Source: an uncultured Gemmatimonadales bacterium
Lineage (GTDB): Bacteria > Gemmatimonadota > Gemmatimonadetes > Longimicrobiales > Longimicrobiaceae
Assembly: GCA_963716255.1 (NCBI GenBank)
Contig: OY970303.1
Coordinates: 7,904,001-7,968,000 of the forward strand
Direction of reading: 5' to 3'
DNA length: 64,000 nt
Both the position numbers and the translations under genes were made by a program. Under the pieces are notes generated by a model. That model was not told the DNA's origin, made no database searches, and saw only the letters and a program-made list of their open reading frames with translations. Below, one piece after another: positions 19,475-28,646 of this stretch; within the stretch, counting starts at the first letter, position 1, and the number at the start of each line of letters is the position of its first letter.

Positions 19475-19660
19475 TCAGCAGGGACAGTTGGTGTTCGGGC
19501 AGCTCACGCAGTTGCCGTTGGTGGTGTCGTTCCCGTCGTCCGGGAAGTCGGGCAAGGTCTGGCCGGGCACGCCGCCGCCGGCGACGTGTTCCAGCTCCTC
19601 CACGCTGAGATCGTCGTCCTCGGGGCGGGCCTGCGGTTCCTGCGGATTGTGCTCGGACAT
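19475..19660 (-). CDS. RiPP precursor peptide (61 aa; double-glycine leader, Cys/Asn-rich core)
   Basis: MSEHNPQEPQARPEDDDLSVEELEHVAGG|GVPGQTLPDFPDDGNDTTNGNCVSCPNTNCPC; GGAGG RBS; directly upstream of the rSAM gene. Confidence 0.9.
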   Translation of the reverse strand: MSEHNPQEPQARPEDDDLSVEELEHVAGGGVPGQTLPDFPDDGNDTTNGNCVSCPNTNCPC

Positions 19661-19911
19661 GGGAAGCTCCTCCGTGGGTGGGATGAGAAAGCGCTGTCCA
19701 TCGCACCCAGAAAAAGCAGAGATTGTACCCAATGAGGCGTTTTCGATTTCGTTGCGCCTGCGGGATTTACGCGAAAGGGTCTCCGGCGAGTCCGAGTCCG
19801 GGCTCTATTCCGGCGAGGCTCCGCTCTATCGATGGACGTCGGCTACTCTCGCCGCCCGGGAGAGTACCCGGGCTCCCCCGGGACGCGGACTGCGAGGCGG
19901 CCGGCGCCCCG

Positions 19912-21255
19912 TCAGGCGTCCGGCGCGGGGGGCCGGGCAGCTGGCGCCCCCGGGTGGGCGGCGGGAACGTGCGCCCGGGGGCGCTGGGTGCGGATCAGCG
20001 TGACGCGCGTGGTCAGCAGGAAGCTCACCAGGCTCGCCGTGCCGATCACCGGGACCAGCGCGGTCCCGGAGACCGTGCCCAGGATCACGGTGCTGCTGAT
20101 GGGCGTCTTGGTCACCGCCACGTTCACCGCCGCCATCAGGCAGAGCACCGCCGTGGCGGGGAGCACGTGCCCCCGGCTGGCGAACGACACCGCCAGCCCC
20201 AGCGACGCCCCCACGAAGAAGAGCGGGAAGATGAAGCCGCCCCGGAACCCGGAGTGCAGCGTCACCCCGATGGCGAGCATCTTCGCCGCCGCCAGGAGCA
20301 CCAGGAGCCCCGCCGCCGCGGCCCAGCCGTGGCGCGCCAGCATCTCCCCCGAGCCGGCGATCAGCTCGCGGATCTGGAACTCCCCCCAGAAGAGCGTGGT
20401 CGCCGGGACCTCGTCCGGGAGCGCCTCCGCCAGCAGCCCCAGCGCCAGCCCGCCCGCCGCCGCCAGGAGCACCGGCCGCCGCTGGAAGGGCTGCACCGCG
20501 TGCTCCATGCGGCGGAAGAAGGCCACGAACACGGCGCCCGCGCCCGCCCCCAGCACCCCCAGCCCGGCCCCCTGCGCCACGGTGGCGAGCGACACCTCCG
20601 GCACCTCGGCGAAGCGGTACAGCACCGCCTCGCCGCCCGCGACCAGGCGGAACACCACGAACCCCAGCGTCGCCGACACCAGCGCCGGGATCATCGCCTC
20701 GTAGTACTCCAGCCCCCGCCGGTGCGGGATCTCCAGGGCGAACAGCGTGCCCCCCAGCGGCGCGCCGAAGAACGCCCCCAGCGCCGTGGCCATCCCGCAG
20801 AAGGTGAGCGTGCGGACGAACTGCCCGTACAGCCGCAGCCGGTCGCCCAGCCAGCTCCCCACGCTCCCCAGCACCTGCACCAGCGGCGCCTCCGGCCCCG
20901 CGCTCCCGCCGAAGGCGATCGAGACCAGCGACACCACCACCATGGACGGCGTCTGCCGCACCTCGATCCGCCCGCGCTCCATGTGGATGTTGTCCACCAC
21001 GGCGGAGATCTCGCCGGGGACGCCCATGCGCTTCACCGCCAGCCCCACCAGCACCCCGCCGATCCCCGTCACCACCCACACCGGCACCGCCGGCCAGCGC
21101 CACACCGCCCACAGCGCGCCCTGCAGCAGGTAGTAGTAGCCCGAGGCGAGCAGGCCCCCGGCGACGCCCACCACCGCGGCAAGGAAGAGGGTTTCGCGGA
21201 AGGCCACGGCCCGGCGCCCGCCGTGCGGCGGCCTGCGGAGGAGCTGGTTCAGCAT
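19912..21255 (-). CDS. ClC-family chloride channel protein
   Basis: FGGSAGPEAP, AFFGAPLGGTLFALE, SGFRGGFIFP; many TM segments; no CBS domains. Confidence 0.9.
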   Translation of the reverse strand: MLNQLLRRPPHGGRRAVAFRETLFLAAVVGVAGGLLASGYYYLLQGALWAVWRWPAVPVWVVTGIGGVLVGLAVKRMGVPGEISAVVDNIHMERGRIEVRQTPSMVVVSLVSIAFGGSAGPEAPLVQVLGSVGSWLGDRLRLYGQFVRTLTFCGMATALGAFFGAPLGGTLFALEIPHRRGLEYYEAMIPALVSATLGFVVFRLVAGGEAVLYRFAEVPEVSLATVAQGAGLGVLGAGAGAVFVAFFRRMEHAVQPFQRRPVLLAAAGGLALGLLAEALPDEVPATTLFWGEFQIRELIAGSGEMLARHGWAAAAGLLVLLAAAKMLAIGVTLHSGFRGGFIFPLFFVGASLGLAVSFASRGHVLPATAVLCLMAAVNVAVTKTPISSTVILGTVSGTALVPVIGTASLVSFLLTTRVTLIRTQRPRAHVPAAHPGAPAARPPAPDA

Positions 21256-21428
21256 GTCACCACGCCACGTTGGAAGAGCGGTCCCGGGGAGCCCGGCCGG
21301 CCCCGCGCGGGGCAAAAAAGGTACGCGGCGCCGGCCCCTGGCGACACCCCGCGCGGAACTCGCGGCGGCGGCGGCGGTAGTGCACGTCCGGCCGGTCCCG
21401 CACCCCAGACCCGTCCCAGGATCCCGCG

Positions 21429-22919
21429 ATGGAGCCAGACAGAGCCCACTCCGACGCCGCCCACGCGCCGGCCTCCGCCCCCCGCGTGCGCGGCGTGGTG
21501 CTGCCCATGGCGGCCGCGCTCGCCTCCATGCTGGCGCTGGTGGCGGTGCTGATCGTCATGGCGCACCGCACGCGCGGCATCCGCGACGAGATCGCCGCCA
21601 CCGTGGAGCCCGCGCGCACCCAGCTGTACGACCTGCAGCGGATCCTGGCGCTGGAGGACGCCGCGCAGCGCGGCTACCTGCTCACCGGCGCGGAAGCGTT
21701 CATGCAGGACTACAACGCCCGGAGCCGGAGCGAGGACGAGGCCTTTGCCCGGCTGCACCCGCTGGCGGCCGCGCTGGGGACGGACGCCGCGGAGCACTAT
21801 GCCCGCTTCCGGCAGCTCGCCGAGCAGTGGCGCGAGACCGCGTTCGACCCGGAGCTGGTGCAGGCCGTGCCGCGCAGCCCGGCGGTGATCGCGGAGCTGC
21901 GGCAGCAGCAGGAGGTGTACTCCGACGCCCTGGAGGCCGCGCGGAAGCTGGAGGGGGCGATCCAGCGGGCGGCGGAGCTGCGGCGCGACCGCATCGAGCG
22001 GCTGGAGGCGATCGAGATCGCGCTGGTGCTGGTGCTGGTGCTGGTGGGGCTCGCCTCGGTCATGGCGATCGTGCGGGCCGCGCGGCAGATGCGCGCGCTC
22101 ACCGCGCGCGCCCAGCGTCTCGCCCGCGAGTCCGAGGGGCGGCAGCGCGAGCTGGAGCGCGTCGCCGAGGAAAAGGCGCAGTTCATCCGCGGCGTCACCC
22201 ACGACCTCAAGAACCCCCTGGGCGCGGTGGACGCCTTCGCGCAGCTCATGGAGTCCGGCCTGCGCGGCGAGCTGACCGCGGGGCAGCTGGAGTGGGTCCG
22301 CCGCATCCGCAGGGCCACCCAGGAAGCGCTGGCCACCATCCACGACCTGCTGGAGCTGGCGCGCGTGGACGGGGGGTACCTGCGCGTGGAGCGGCGCAGC
22401 GTGGACGTGTGGCAGACCGCCGCCGACGCCGCGGAAGACTACCGCGCCGCCGTGGAGGCCAGCGGTCACACCCTGCACGTGGAGCCGCCGGAGTTCCTCC
22501 CCACGGTCCCCACCGACCCGGGGCGGGTGCGCGAGATCCTGGCCAACCTGCTCAACAACGCCAACAAGTACACCCCCGCCGGCGGCACCATCACCGTGGG
22601 CGCCGCGCCCCGGCGCGGCGGCGCGCCCGGCGACGGCGAGTGGGTGGCCCTCTGGGTGCGCGACACCGGCCCCGGCATCGCGCCCGAGGAGCAGGCGCGG
22701 ATCTTCGAGGAGTTCCACCGTGTCGGCGGCACCACGGCGCCCGGGAGCGGCGTGGGCCTTTCCATCGCGCGGAGGGTCGCGCGGCTGCTGGGCGGCGAGC
22801 TGACGGTGGAGAGCCGCCCCGGCGAGGGCGCCTGCTTCGTGCTCTGGCTCCCCGTGCCCGCCGCCGTGTCGCCGGCGGACGAGGCAACGGCCGCCGCGGA
22901 GTGGAGCCGCAGCGGCTGA
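21429..22919 (+). CDS. CHASE3-type membrane sensor histidine kinase
   Basis: TM, EDAAQRGYLLTG, TM, VTHDLKNPL, NLLNNANKY, DTGPGI, GVGLSI. Confidence 0.92.
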   Translation: MEPDRAHSDAAHAPASAPRVRGVVLPMAAALASMLALVAVLIVMAHRTRGIRDEIAATVEPARTQLYDLQRILALEDAAQRGYLLTGAEAFMQDYNARSRSEDEAFARLHPLAAALGTDAAEHYARFRQLAEQWRETAFDPELVQAVPRSPAVIAELRQQQEVYSDALEAARKLEGAIQRAAELRRDRIERLEAIEIALVLVLVLVGLASVMAIVRAARQMRALTARAQRLARESEGRQRELERVAEEKAQFIRGVTHDLKNPLGAVDAFAQLMESGLRGELTAGQLEWVRRIRRATQEALATIHDLLELARVDGGYLRVERRSVDVWQTAADAAEDYRAAVEASGHTLHVEPPEFLPTVPTDPGRVREILANLLNNANKYTPAGGTITVGAAPRRGGAPGDGEWVALWVRDTGPGIAPEEQARIFEEFHRVGGTTAPGSGVGLSIARRVARLLGGELTVESRPGEGACFVLWLPVPAAVSPADEATAAAEWSRSG

Positions 22920-22931
22920 GCGCCGCGCGGG

Positions 22932-22960
22932 TTGACAATGCGTGTTGCAACACATATATT
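22932..22960 (+). promoter_or_regulatory. Sigma70 promoter with MarR operator in the spacer
   Basis: TTGACA-17bp-TATATT; palindrome GTGTTGCAACAC at 22942-22953; ATG 6 nt after the -10. Confidence 0.8.
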
Positions 22961-22966
22961 GGCTGC

Positions 22967-23434
22967 ATGGCGAACGAGCTCCGCGACGAGATCAGGCAGA
23001 CCCGGGCGTTCGACACCCCGGAGCAGGAGGCGCACCTCAGCATCGAGCGCACCGCTGCGGTGCTGGGGCACGCGCTCGCCGAGGTGCTGAAGCCCTCCGG
23101 GATCACCGCCACGCAGTACAACGTCCTTCGCATCCTGCGCGGGGCGGGGGAGGCGGGGCTCTGCCGGAGCGCGGTGCGGGAGCGGCTGGTGGCGCAGGTG
23201 CCGGACGTGACCCGCATCCTGGACCGCATGGAGGACGCCGGGCTGGTGGAGCGGGAGCGCGACGCCGCGGACCGGCGCTTCGTCACCACGCGCATCACGC
23301 CCGCGGGGCTGGAGCTGCTTGCGGGGCTCGACGCCCCCATCGCCGACGCCCACCGGCGGCAGCTGGGCCACCTGGGCGAGGCCAAGCTGAAGACGCTGGT
23401 GGAGCTGCTGGCCCTCGCCCGCCAGGGCGAGTGA
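22967..23434 (+). CDS. MarR-family transcriptional regulator
   Basis: GITATQYNVLRILRG, PDVTRILDRMEDAGLVERER..DRR, ITPAG. Confidence 0.93.
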   Translation: MANELRDEIRQTRAFDTPEQEAHLSIERTAAVLGHALAEVLKPSGITATQYNVLRILRGAGEAGLCRSAVRERLVAQVPDVTRILDRMEDAGLVERERDAADRRFVTTRITPAGLELLAGLDAPIADAHRRQLGHLGEAKLKTLVELLALARQGE

Positions 23435-23447
23435 GCCGCGGCCAGAC

Positions 23448-23463
23448 GTGTGTTCCAACACAC
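23448..23463. promoter_or_regulatory. Second putative MarR operator
   Basis: GTGTGTTCCAACACAC, the same GTGTT-N2-AACAC core as 22942. Confidence 0.65.
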
Positions 23464-23513
23464 ACCTGGAAGGCAGAACCGGCGGCACGGCACCCTCACG
23501 AAAGGAGAGCCAC

Positions 23514-24443
23514 ATGAGCACGATCGAAACTCCCGGCGCCACGGGCGCCGTTGCCGGAGCGGACTACGGGATCGCGCCGGCCGGGTACCGCCTCCCGGCG
23601 GCCACGCGCCTGGGCGCGGTGCGGCTGCAGGTGGCGGAGCTGGAGCGGTCGCTCGCGTACTACACGGCGGTGCTCGGCTTCCGGGTGCTGGAGCGCACGG
23701 CCGGCGCCGCCCTCCTGGGCGCGCACGGGGACGAAGCGCCGCTGGTGGAGCTGCGCGAGCGAAAGGGAGCGTCGCCGGCACCGCAGCGCGGGCGGCTGGG
23801 GCTCTACCACTTCGCCATCCTCCTCCCGGACCGCGCCGCGCTGGGCCGCCTCGTGGCGCACCTCGCCGCGACGGGGACGCGGGCCGGCGCCTCGGACCAC
23901 CTGGTGAGCGAGGCCCTGTACCTCCAGGACCCGGACGGGCTGGGGATCGAGGTGTACGCCGACCGCCCCCGCGCCGGCTGGCGCCACCGCGACCGCGAGC
24001 TGCTGATGGACACGCGCCCGCTGGACCTGGAGGACCTGGTGCGCGCTGCGGGCGGCGAGGCGTGGACCGGGATGCCGGCGGGGACCGTGGTGGGGCACGT
24101 GCACCTGCACGTGGCCGACACGGAGGAGGCCGCCGCCTTCTACCACGCGGCGCTGGGCCTGGACCGCGTGGTGTGGAGCTACCCCGGCGCGCTCTTCCTG
24201 TCGGCCGGGGGCTACCACCACCACCTGGGGCTGAACACCTGGGCGGGCCCCGGCGCCGTCCCCGCGCGCGACACGGACGCCCGCCTGCTGGAGTGGACCG
24301 TCCACGTCCCCACCGCCGCGGACGCCGCCGCCGCCGCCGGCAGCATCCGGGACGCCGGACACGTCGTCGCCGAGGTGGCGGACGGCTGGCTCGCCACCGA
24401 CCCCTGGGGCACCGTGTTGCGCATCGTCGGGGGGACGAGCTGA
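23514..24443 (+). CDS. VOC family protein (CatE-like catechol 2,3-dioxygenase/glyoxalase)
   Basis: GLYHFAILLP, ASDHLVSEALYLQDPDGLGIEVYADRP, GHVHL, AGGYHHHLGLNTW; AAGGAG RBS. Confidence 0.92.
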   Translation: MSTIETPGATGAVAGADYGIAPAGYRLPAATRLGAVRLQVAELERSLAYYTAVLGFRVLERTAGAALLGAHGDEAPLVELRERKGASPAPQRGRLGLYHFAILLPDRAALGRLVAHLAATGTRAGASDHLVSEALYLQDPDGLGIEVYADRPRAGWRHRDRELLMDTRPLDLEDLVRAAGGEAWTGMPAGTVVGHVHLHVADTEEAAAFYHAALGLDRVVWSYPGALFLSAGGYHHHLGLNTWAGPGAVPARDTDARLLEWTVHVPTAADAAAAAGSIRDAGHVVAEVADGWLATDPWGTVLRIVGGTS

Positions 24444-24480
24444 GGCCGGATCCGGTTGAACGGCTTTGAACTGCGGGTCC

Positions 24481-24514
24481 GGGCGTGCCCCCGGCTGGCG
24501 CCGGGGGCACGCCC
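24481..24514. repeat. Palindromic remnant of repeat core A (terminal hairpin only)
   Basis: gggcgtgcccccggc-tggc-gccgggggcacgccc, preceded by the same gctttgaactgc flank as copy 4. Confidence 0.8.
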
Positions 24515-24560
24515 AAAACCGCTGCCAAGCCGTAAAGAAGCAGTCCTGCTGCTGCTGAAG

Positions 24561-27146
24561 CTACCCGGTCTGCACGGCGGGAAGCGTGAAGGTGAACGTG
24601 CTGCCCTGTCCAGGGGTGCTCCGGGCGCCGATGCAACCGCCGTGCGCCTCCACGATGCCGCGCGCGATGGCGAGCCCCAGCCCGGCGCCCTTGCGTCGGG
24701 CGTCGCCCTGCCAGAAGCGGTCGAAGACGTGGGGAAGGTGCTCCGGGAGGATGCCCACGCCGGTGTCCTCCACCGACACCTCCACGCAGGAGCCGGCGGC
24801 GGCGGCGCGCACCAGGACGTTGCCGCCGCGTGGGGTGAACTTGACGGCGTTGCCCAGCAGGTTGGAGAGCACCTGGAGCACCCGGTCGCGGTCGGCGAGC
24901 ACAGGGGACAGCCCCTCGGGCGCGTGCACCCGCAGGGCGACGCCGCGCCCGGCCGCGGCCATGCGCACCATCTCGGCGGCCTCGGCGAGCAGCGGCGCCA
25001 GGGGGAGCGGCGCCGGGCGGACGCGGAGCTGCCCCGCCTCGATGCGCGAGGCGTCCAGGAGGTCTTGGATCAGGCGGTTCATCTGGTCCGTCAGCTCCAG
25101 CACGGTCCGCAGCTGGCCGCGCTGCGTTTCCGGGTCGCGCGGCATCTCCAGGAGCAGCGAGGCGTACATGGAGATCGCCGTGAGCGGGTTGCGGAGGTCG
25201 TGCGCCACCACGCCCAGGATGTCGTCGCGGGCGCGGCTGGCGGCCTCCGCCTCGCCGCGGGCGCGGCGCTCGCGCTCGAAGAGGCGGGCGCGGTCCAGCG
25301 TGCCGGCGCACTGCCGCCCGATCGCGAGCAGGAAGTCGCGGTCCTCCCCGGAGAACGGCCGCGGGTCCGCGAAGCTGAGGCCGATGGCGCCCAGCGCGCG
25401 GCCGCCCCAGAGCAGCGGCACCGCCGCCCAGGCCTGGTGCTGGAGGATGCCCGCCATGCCGGGGTAGCGGGCGGCCATCTCGTCGCGCGTGGTGAGGAGC
25501 ACCGGCTCCCCGGCGCGCACGGCCTCGGCGAGGGGGGCGTCGGCGTGCAGCGGAAAGCGCCGCCAGGCGTCCACCATCGCCTGGGGGAGGCCCACGGCGC
25601 GCACCACCTCCAGCTCCCCGGCCTCCTCGTCCAGCAGGCTGAGCGTACCGGCCGAGGCCTCCAGCGCCTCCACGCCCTCGCGGACCGCCACCTCGGCCAC
25701 CTCCGCCGCCGTCAGCGCCCCGGCCAGGGCGGCGGTGACGCGCTGCAGGCGGGCGGTGCGGTCGGCGGAGCGCTCGGCGGCGTGCCGCGCCTCGCGGGCC
25801 ACCTGGTAGAGCCGCGCGTTGTCGATGGCCAGCGCCGCCACCCGCCCCAGCTCCTCGGCGAGCGCCAGGTCCTCCGGGCCGTAGCGGCGGCGCGGCCCGC
25901 ACGCCGCCAGGGAGAGCGCCCCGAAGGCGCGCCCGTGGGCCACCAGCGGCACCGTCATGGCGGAGCACGGGGCGAGCAGGCGCGGCAGCTCCCCGTCGTC
26001 CCCCGGGGCGCCGCCGGCCGCGGCCACGTGCGCGGCGAGGCGGGCGCCGGAGGCGGTGGGCTCCGCCGTCCGCGTCCCCGCCAGCGAAGCGCCGTCCACG
26101 CTCCCGCGCCGGCACGCCGCGGCGAGCGCTTCCGCGCGCGCGGGGTCGGCGGCGGCGGTGCGGACGGCGCGCGGGCGCCCGTCGGGGCCGAGCAGGTCCA
26201 GCACGCACCAGTCGGCCAGGGTGGGGACGGCGAAGTCCACCACGCTCTGCAGCGATTCCTCGAACTCCAGCGACGCGGCGAGCACCCGGCCGGCGGCGGC
26301 GAGGATCCGCTCGCGCTCCTCGCGGCGCTCGCGGTCGGTGACGTCGCGCACCACGGCGGTGAAGATGCGGCTCCCCCCCAGCGAGAGCTGGGAGATGGAA
26401 GCCTCGGCCACGAACTCCGTGCCGTCCCTGCGCAGCCCGACGATGCGGGTGGTCCCCCGCTGCTCCATGGCCCGCGAGGGCGTGCCCGAGAGCCCGAAGG
26501 CGCGCAGGTGCCCGGAGTGGCCGCCGCGGAAGCGCTCGGGGATGAGCATGTCCAGCGGCTGCTCCAGCACCTCCTCGGGCGTGTAGCCGTAGATGCGCTG
26601 CGCCCCCTGGTTGAACAGGGTGATGCGCTCCTCCTCGTCCACCGAGACGATGCCGTCCGTGGAGAGCGAGACGATCCCCGCGAACTTGGCCTCGGAGTAG
26701 CGCAGCGCCTCCTCCGCCTGCTTGCGCGCGGTGATGTCCTGGATCTGGGAGATGAAGTACAGCGGATCCCCGGCGTTGCCGCGCACCAGCGACACGGAGA
26801 GCAGCGCCCACACCGCGCTCCCGTCGCGCCGCAGGTAGCGCTTCTCCATCTCGTAGTCGGGGATCTCCCCGGCCGTCAGCCTGCGGACGTTCTCCAGGTC
26901 GGCGTCCACGTCGGCGGGGTGGGTGAGGTCCTGGAAGGTGAGCCCCAGCAGCTCCTCCTCCGGGTAGCCGACGATGCGGCACAGGGCGCGGTTCACCATC
27001 AGCCAGCGCCCGTCCAGCCCCACCAGCGCCATGCCGATGGGCGCGTGCTCCAGCGTCGCCCGGAAGCGCTCCTCGCCCTCCGACGCGGCGACGCCGCCGG
27101 CCGCAGGGCGAGCGGGGGCTACCCTTCTGCGGGGGTCTTCGAGCAT
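24561..27146 (-). CDS. PAS-PAS-GAF-GAF sensor histidine kinase
   Basis: Two PAS and two GAF domains, VAHDLRNPL, NLLGNAVKF, DTGVGI, GAGLGLAI. Confidence 0.93.
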   Translation of the reverse strand: MLEDPRRRVAPARPAAGGVAASEGEERFRATLEHAPIGMALVGLDGRWLMVNRALCRIVGYPEEELLGLTFQDLTHPADVDADLENVRRLTAGEIPDYEMEKRYLRRDGSAVWALLSVSLVRGNAGDPLYFISQIQDITARKQAEEALRYSEAKFAGIVSLSTDGIVSVDEEERITLFNQGAQRIYGYTPEEVLEQPLDMLIPERFRGGHSGHLRAFGLSGTPSRAMEQRGTTRIVGLRRDGTEFVAEASISQLSLGGSRIFTAVVRDVTDRERREERERILAAAGRVLAASLEFEESLQSVVDFAVPTLADWCVLDLLGPDGRPRAVRTAAADPARAEALAAACRRGSVDGASLAGTRTAEPTASGARLAAHVAAAGGAPGDDGELPRLLAPCSAMTVPLVAHGRAFGALSLAACGPRRRYGPEDLALAEELGRVAALAIDNARLYQVAREARHAAERSADRTARLQRVTAALAGALTAAEVAEVAVREGVEALEASAGTLSLLDEEAGELEVVRAVGLPQAMVDAWRRFPLHADAPLAEAVRAGEPVLLTTRDEMAARYPGMAGILQHQAWAAVPLLWGGRALGAIGLSFADPRPFSGEDRDFLLAIGRQCAGTLDRARLFERERRARGEAEAASRARDDILGVVAHDLRNPLTAISMYASLLLEMPRDPETQRGQLRTVLELTDQMNRLIQDLLDASRIEAGQLRVRPAPLPLAPLLAEAAEMVRMAAAGRGVALRVHAPEGLSPVLADRDRVLQVLSNLLGNAVKFTPRGGNVLVRAAAAGSCVEVSVEDTGVGILPEHLPHVFDRFWQGDARRKGAGLGLAIARGIVEAHGGCIGARSTPGQGSTFTFTLPAVQTG

Positions 27147-27551
27147 GGCTCGTGGGCGGGGAGGGGGAGGCGCAGGCGCGTGCAGCCGCAGGCCGGGCAG
27201 GGTACCGAAGTGACAATGTATCGCACGGAGGCCCGTTCGGACATGGTCCTGTCTCCGGGAGACCGCTCCGGCCGCGCCCACCGCGGCCGTCGGCGGAACG
27301 CTCGCGCGGCGCACGAAGCGAAGTGGACACAGGTTCCGGGCCAGCGCGAAACCGGGTATGCCCGGATCCCGCCATGTTGCGCACCCGGGCGCGCACGCAG
27401 CGCTCGGCCCTCCCGCGCCACCCTCCACGACGAGGGGCCCCGGGATCGCTCCCGGGGCCCCTCGTCGCGTCCGGCGGACCGCCGCCGCCGACCCTCACGT
27501 GGAATGCGTGTGCGCCGAGCCCCAGCGGAACGTGGAGGAAAGGCACGCCGT

Positions 27552-27685
27552 CGCGTGAGGGATTACGGCCCGAAGGGGCGAGACCCGGCGGGGCTGTTTC
27601 CGCCGGGGCTCGACTCCGTTACGCACGGTAGTTTCGTGCGTTACGGAGCCGAAGCCCGACCCCGGCGCCCGCCGGGGGCACGCCC
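27552..27685 (-). repeat. Structured repeat core A, copy 6
   Basis: Stem ACGCACG/CGTGCGT, loop gtagttt. Confidence 0.95.
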
Positions 27686-27723
27686 GAGCCCGCCGTTCAC
27701 AGCCGCTCAACCGGAGCCGATCC

Positions 27724-28389
27724 TCACCCCGCCACCCCCGCCAATCCCCGCACCGCGCGCGAGACCGACTCCGCCCCGGCCCGCGCCGCCAGGAGCACCG
27801 CGCCTGCACCCCGCGGCCGCGCCAGGCGCTGCTCCGGCCACTGCGGCGCGTCGCCGGCCAGCGCGCGGAGCAGCACCAGCGCCGACCCCGCCAGCACCCG
27901 CAGCCGGCGCCGGCGGACGCGGGACGCCCGCGAGCGGGTGACCACGCCCCCCGGCGGGAGCGAGCGCCCGGTGCCGAAGGCCAGGCGGTGGACGCGCGCC
28001 CGCGGCCGGGCCCGCCAGCGCGCGAAGGCCGACGCCCACTCCGACCACGCCACCAGGTCGCCCTCCCGCGTCCCCGAGCCGCGCAGCATTCCCGCGGGGA
28101 GGACGAGCGCGCAGCGGGCGCGCCCGTGCCGGCCGGTGTGCCCGCCGGGCGGGAGCGAGTGGTAGACGGCGACCACCTCGCCGTCCCCCGCGAGGAGCGC
28201 CACGTCCACGGGGCGCGACGCGCCCCGCACCGTCAACCGGCTGCACGGCAGCGACAGCAGCCCCTCGCCCGGGACCAGCGGCGGACGGCCGTACAGCCCG
28301 CGGAGCCGGAGCCACCAGCGGTCCGCCACCTCGACCCGGGCGCCAAGCACCGAGCCGCGCGTCACGTTGAGCACCTGGACCAGCGTCAT
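27724..28389 (-). CDS. DUF192-like protein with C-terminal extension
   Basis: NVTRGSVLGARVEVADRWWLRLRGLYGR...GEGLL...PVDVALL...ALVLPAG. Confidence 0.7.
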   Translation of the reverse strand: MTLVQVLNVTRGSVLGARVEVADRWWLRLRGLYGRPPLVPGEGLLSLPCSRLTVRGASRPVDVALLAGDGEVVAVYHSLPPGGHTGRHGRARCALVLPAGMLRGSGTREGDLVAWSEWASAFARWRARPRARVHRLAFGTGRSLPPGGVVTRSRASRVRRRRLRVLAGSALVLLRALAGDAPQWPEQRLARPRGAGAVLLAARAGAESVSRAVRGLAGVAG

Positions 28390-28646
28390 CGCCCGCACTC
28401 CGCTCGGGGGACGGGGCGGGCCTCCGCCGCGGCGGCGCGCCCCCGGACCGACCCTCAATCATTATGCCGACGCCCCGGCCTCCGCCAGGGCGCCGACACG
28501 AAAGTGTTGCCCCCGGGCGCCCGGCACCCCAATATAAGTCCATCGCCGCCAGCGGCTTCCCGAAGCACGCACGGACCTCCCGTTCCGCGCGCCGCACCCC
28601 TGCCGCCCGCTCTCCCGTTCCTGGAACCAGCATCCCCGGTTCCGTG

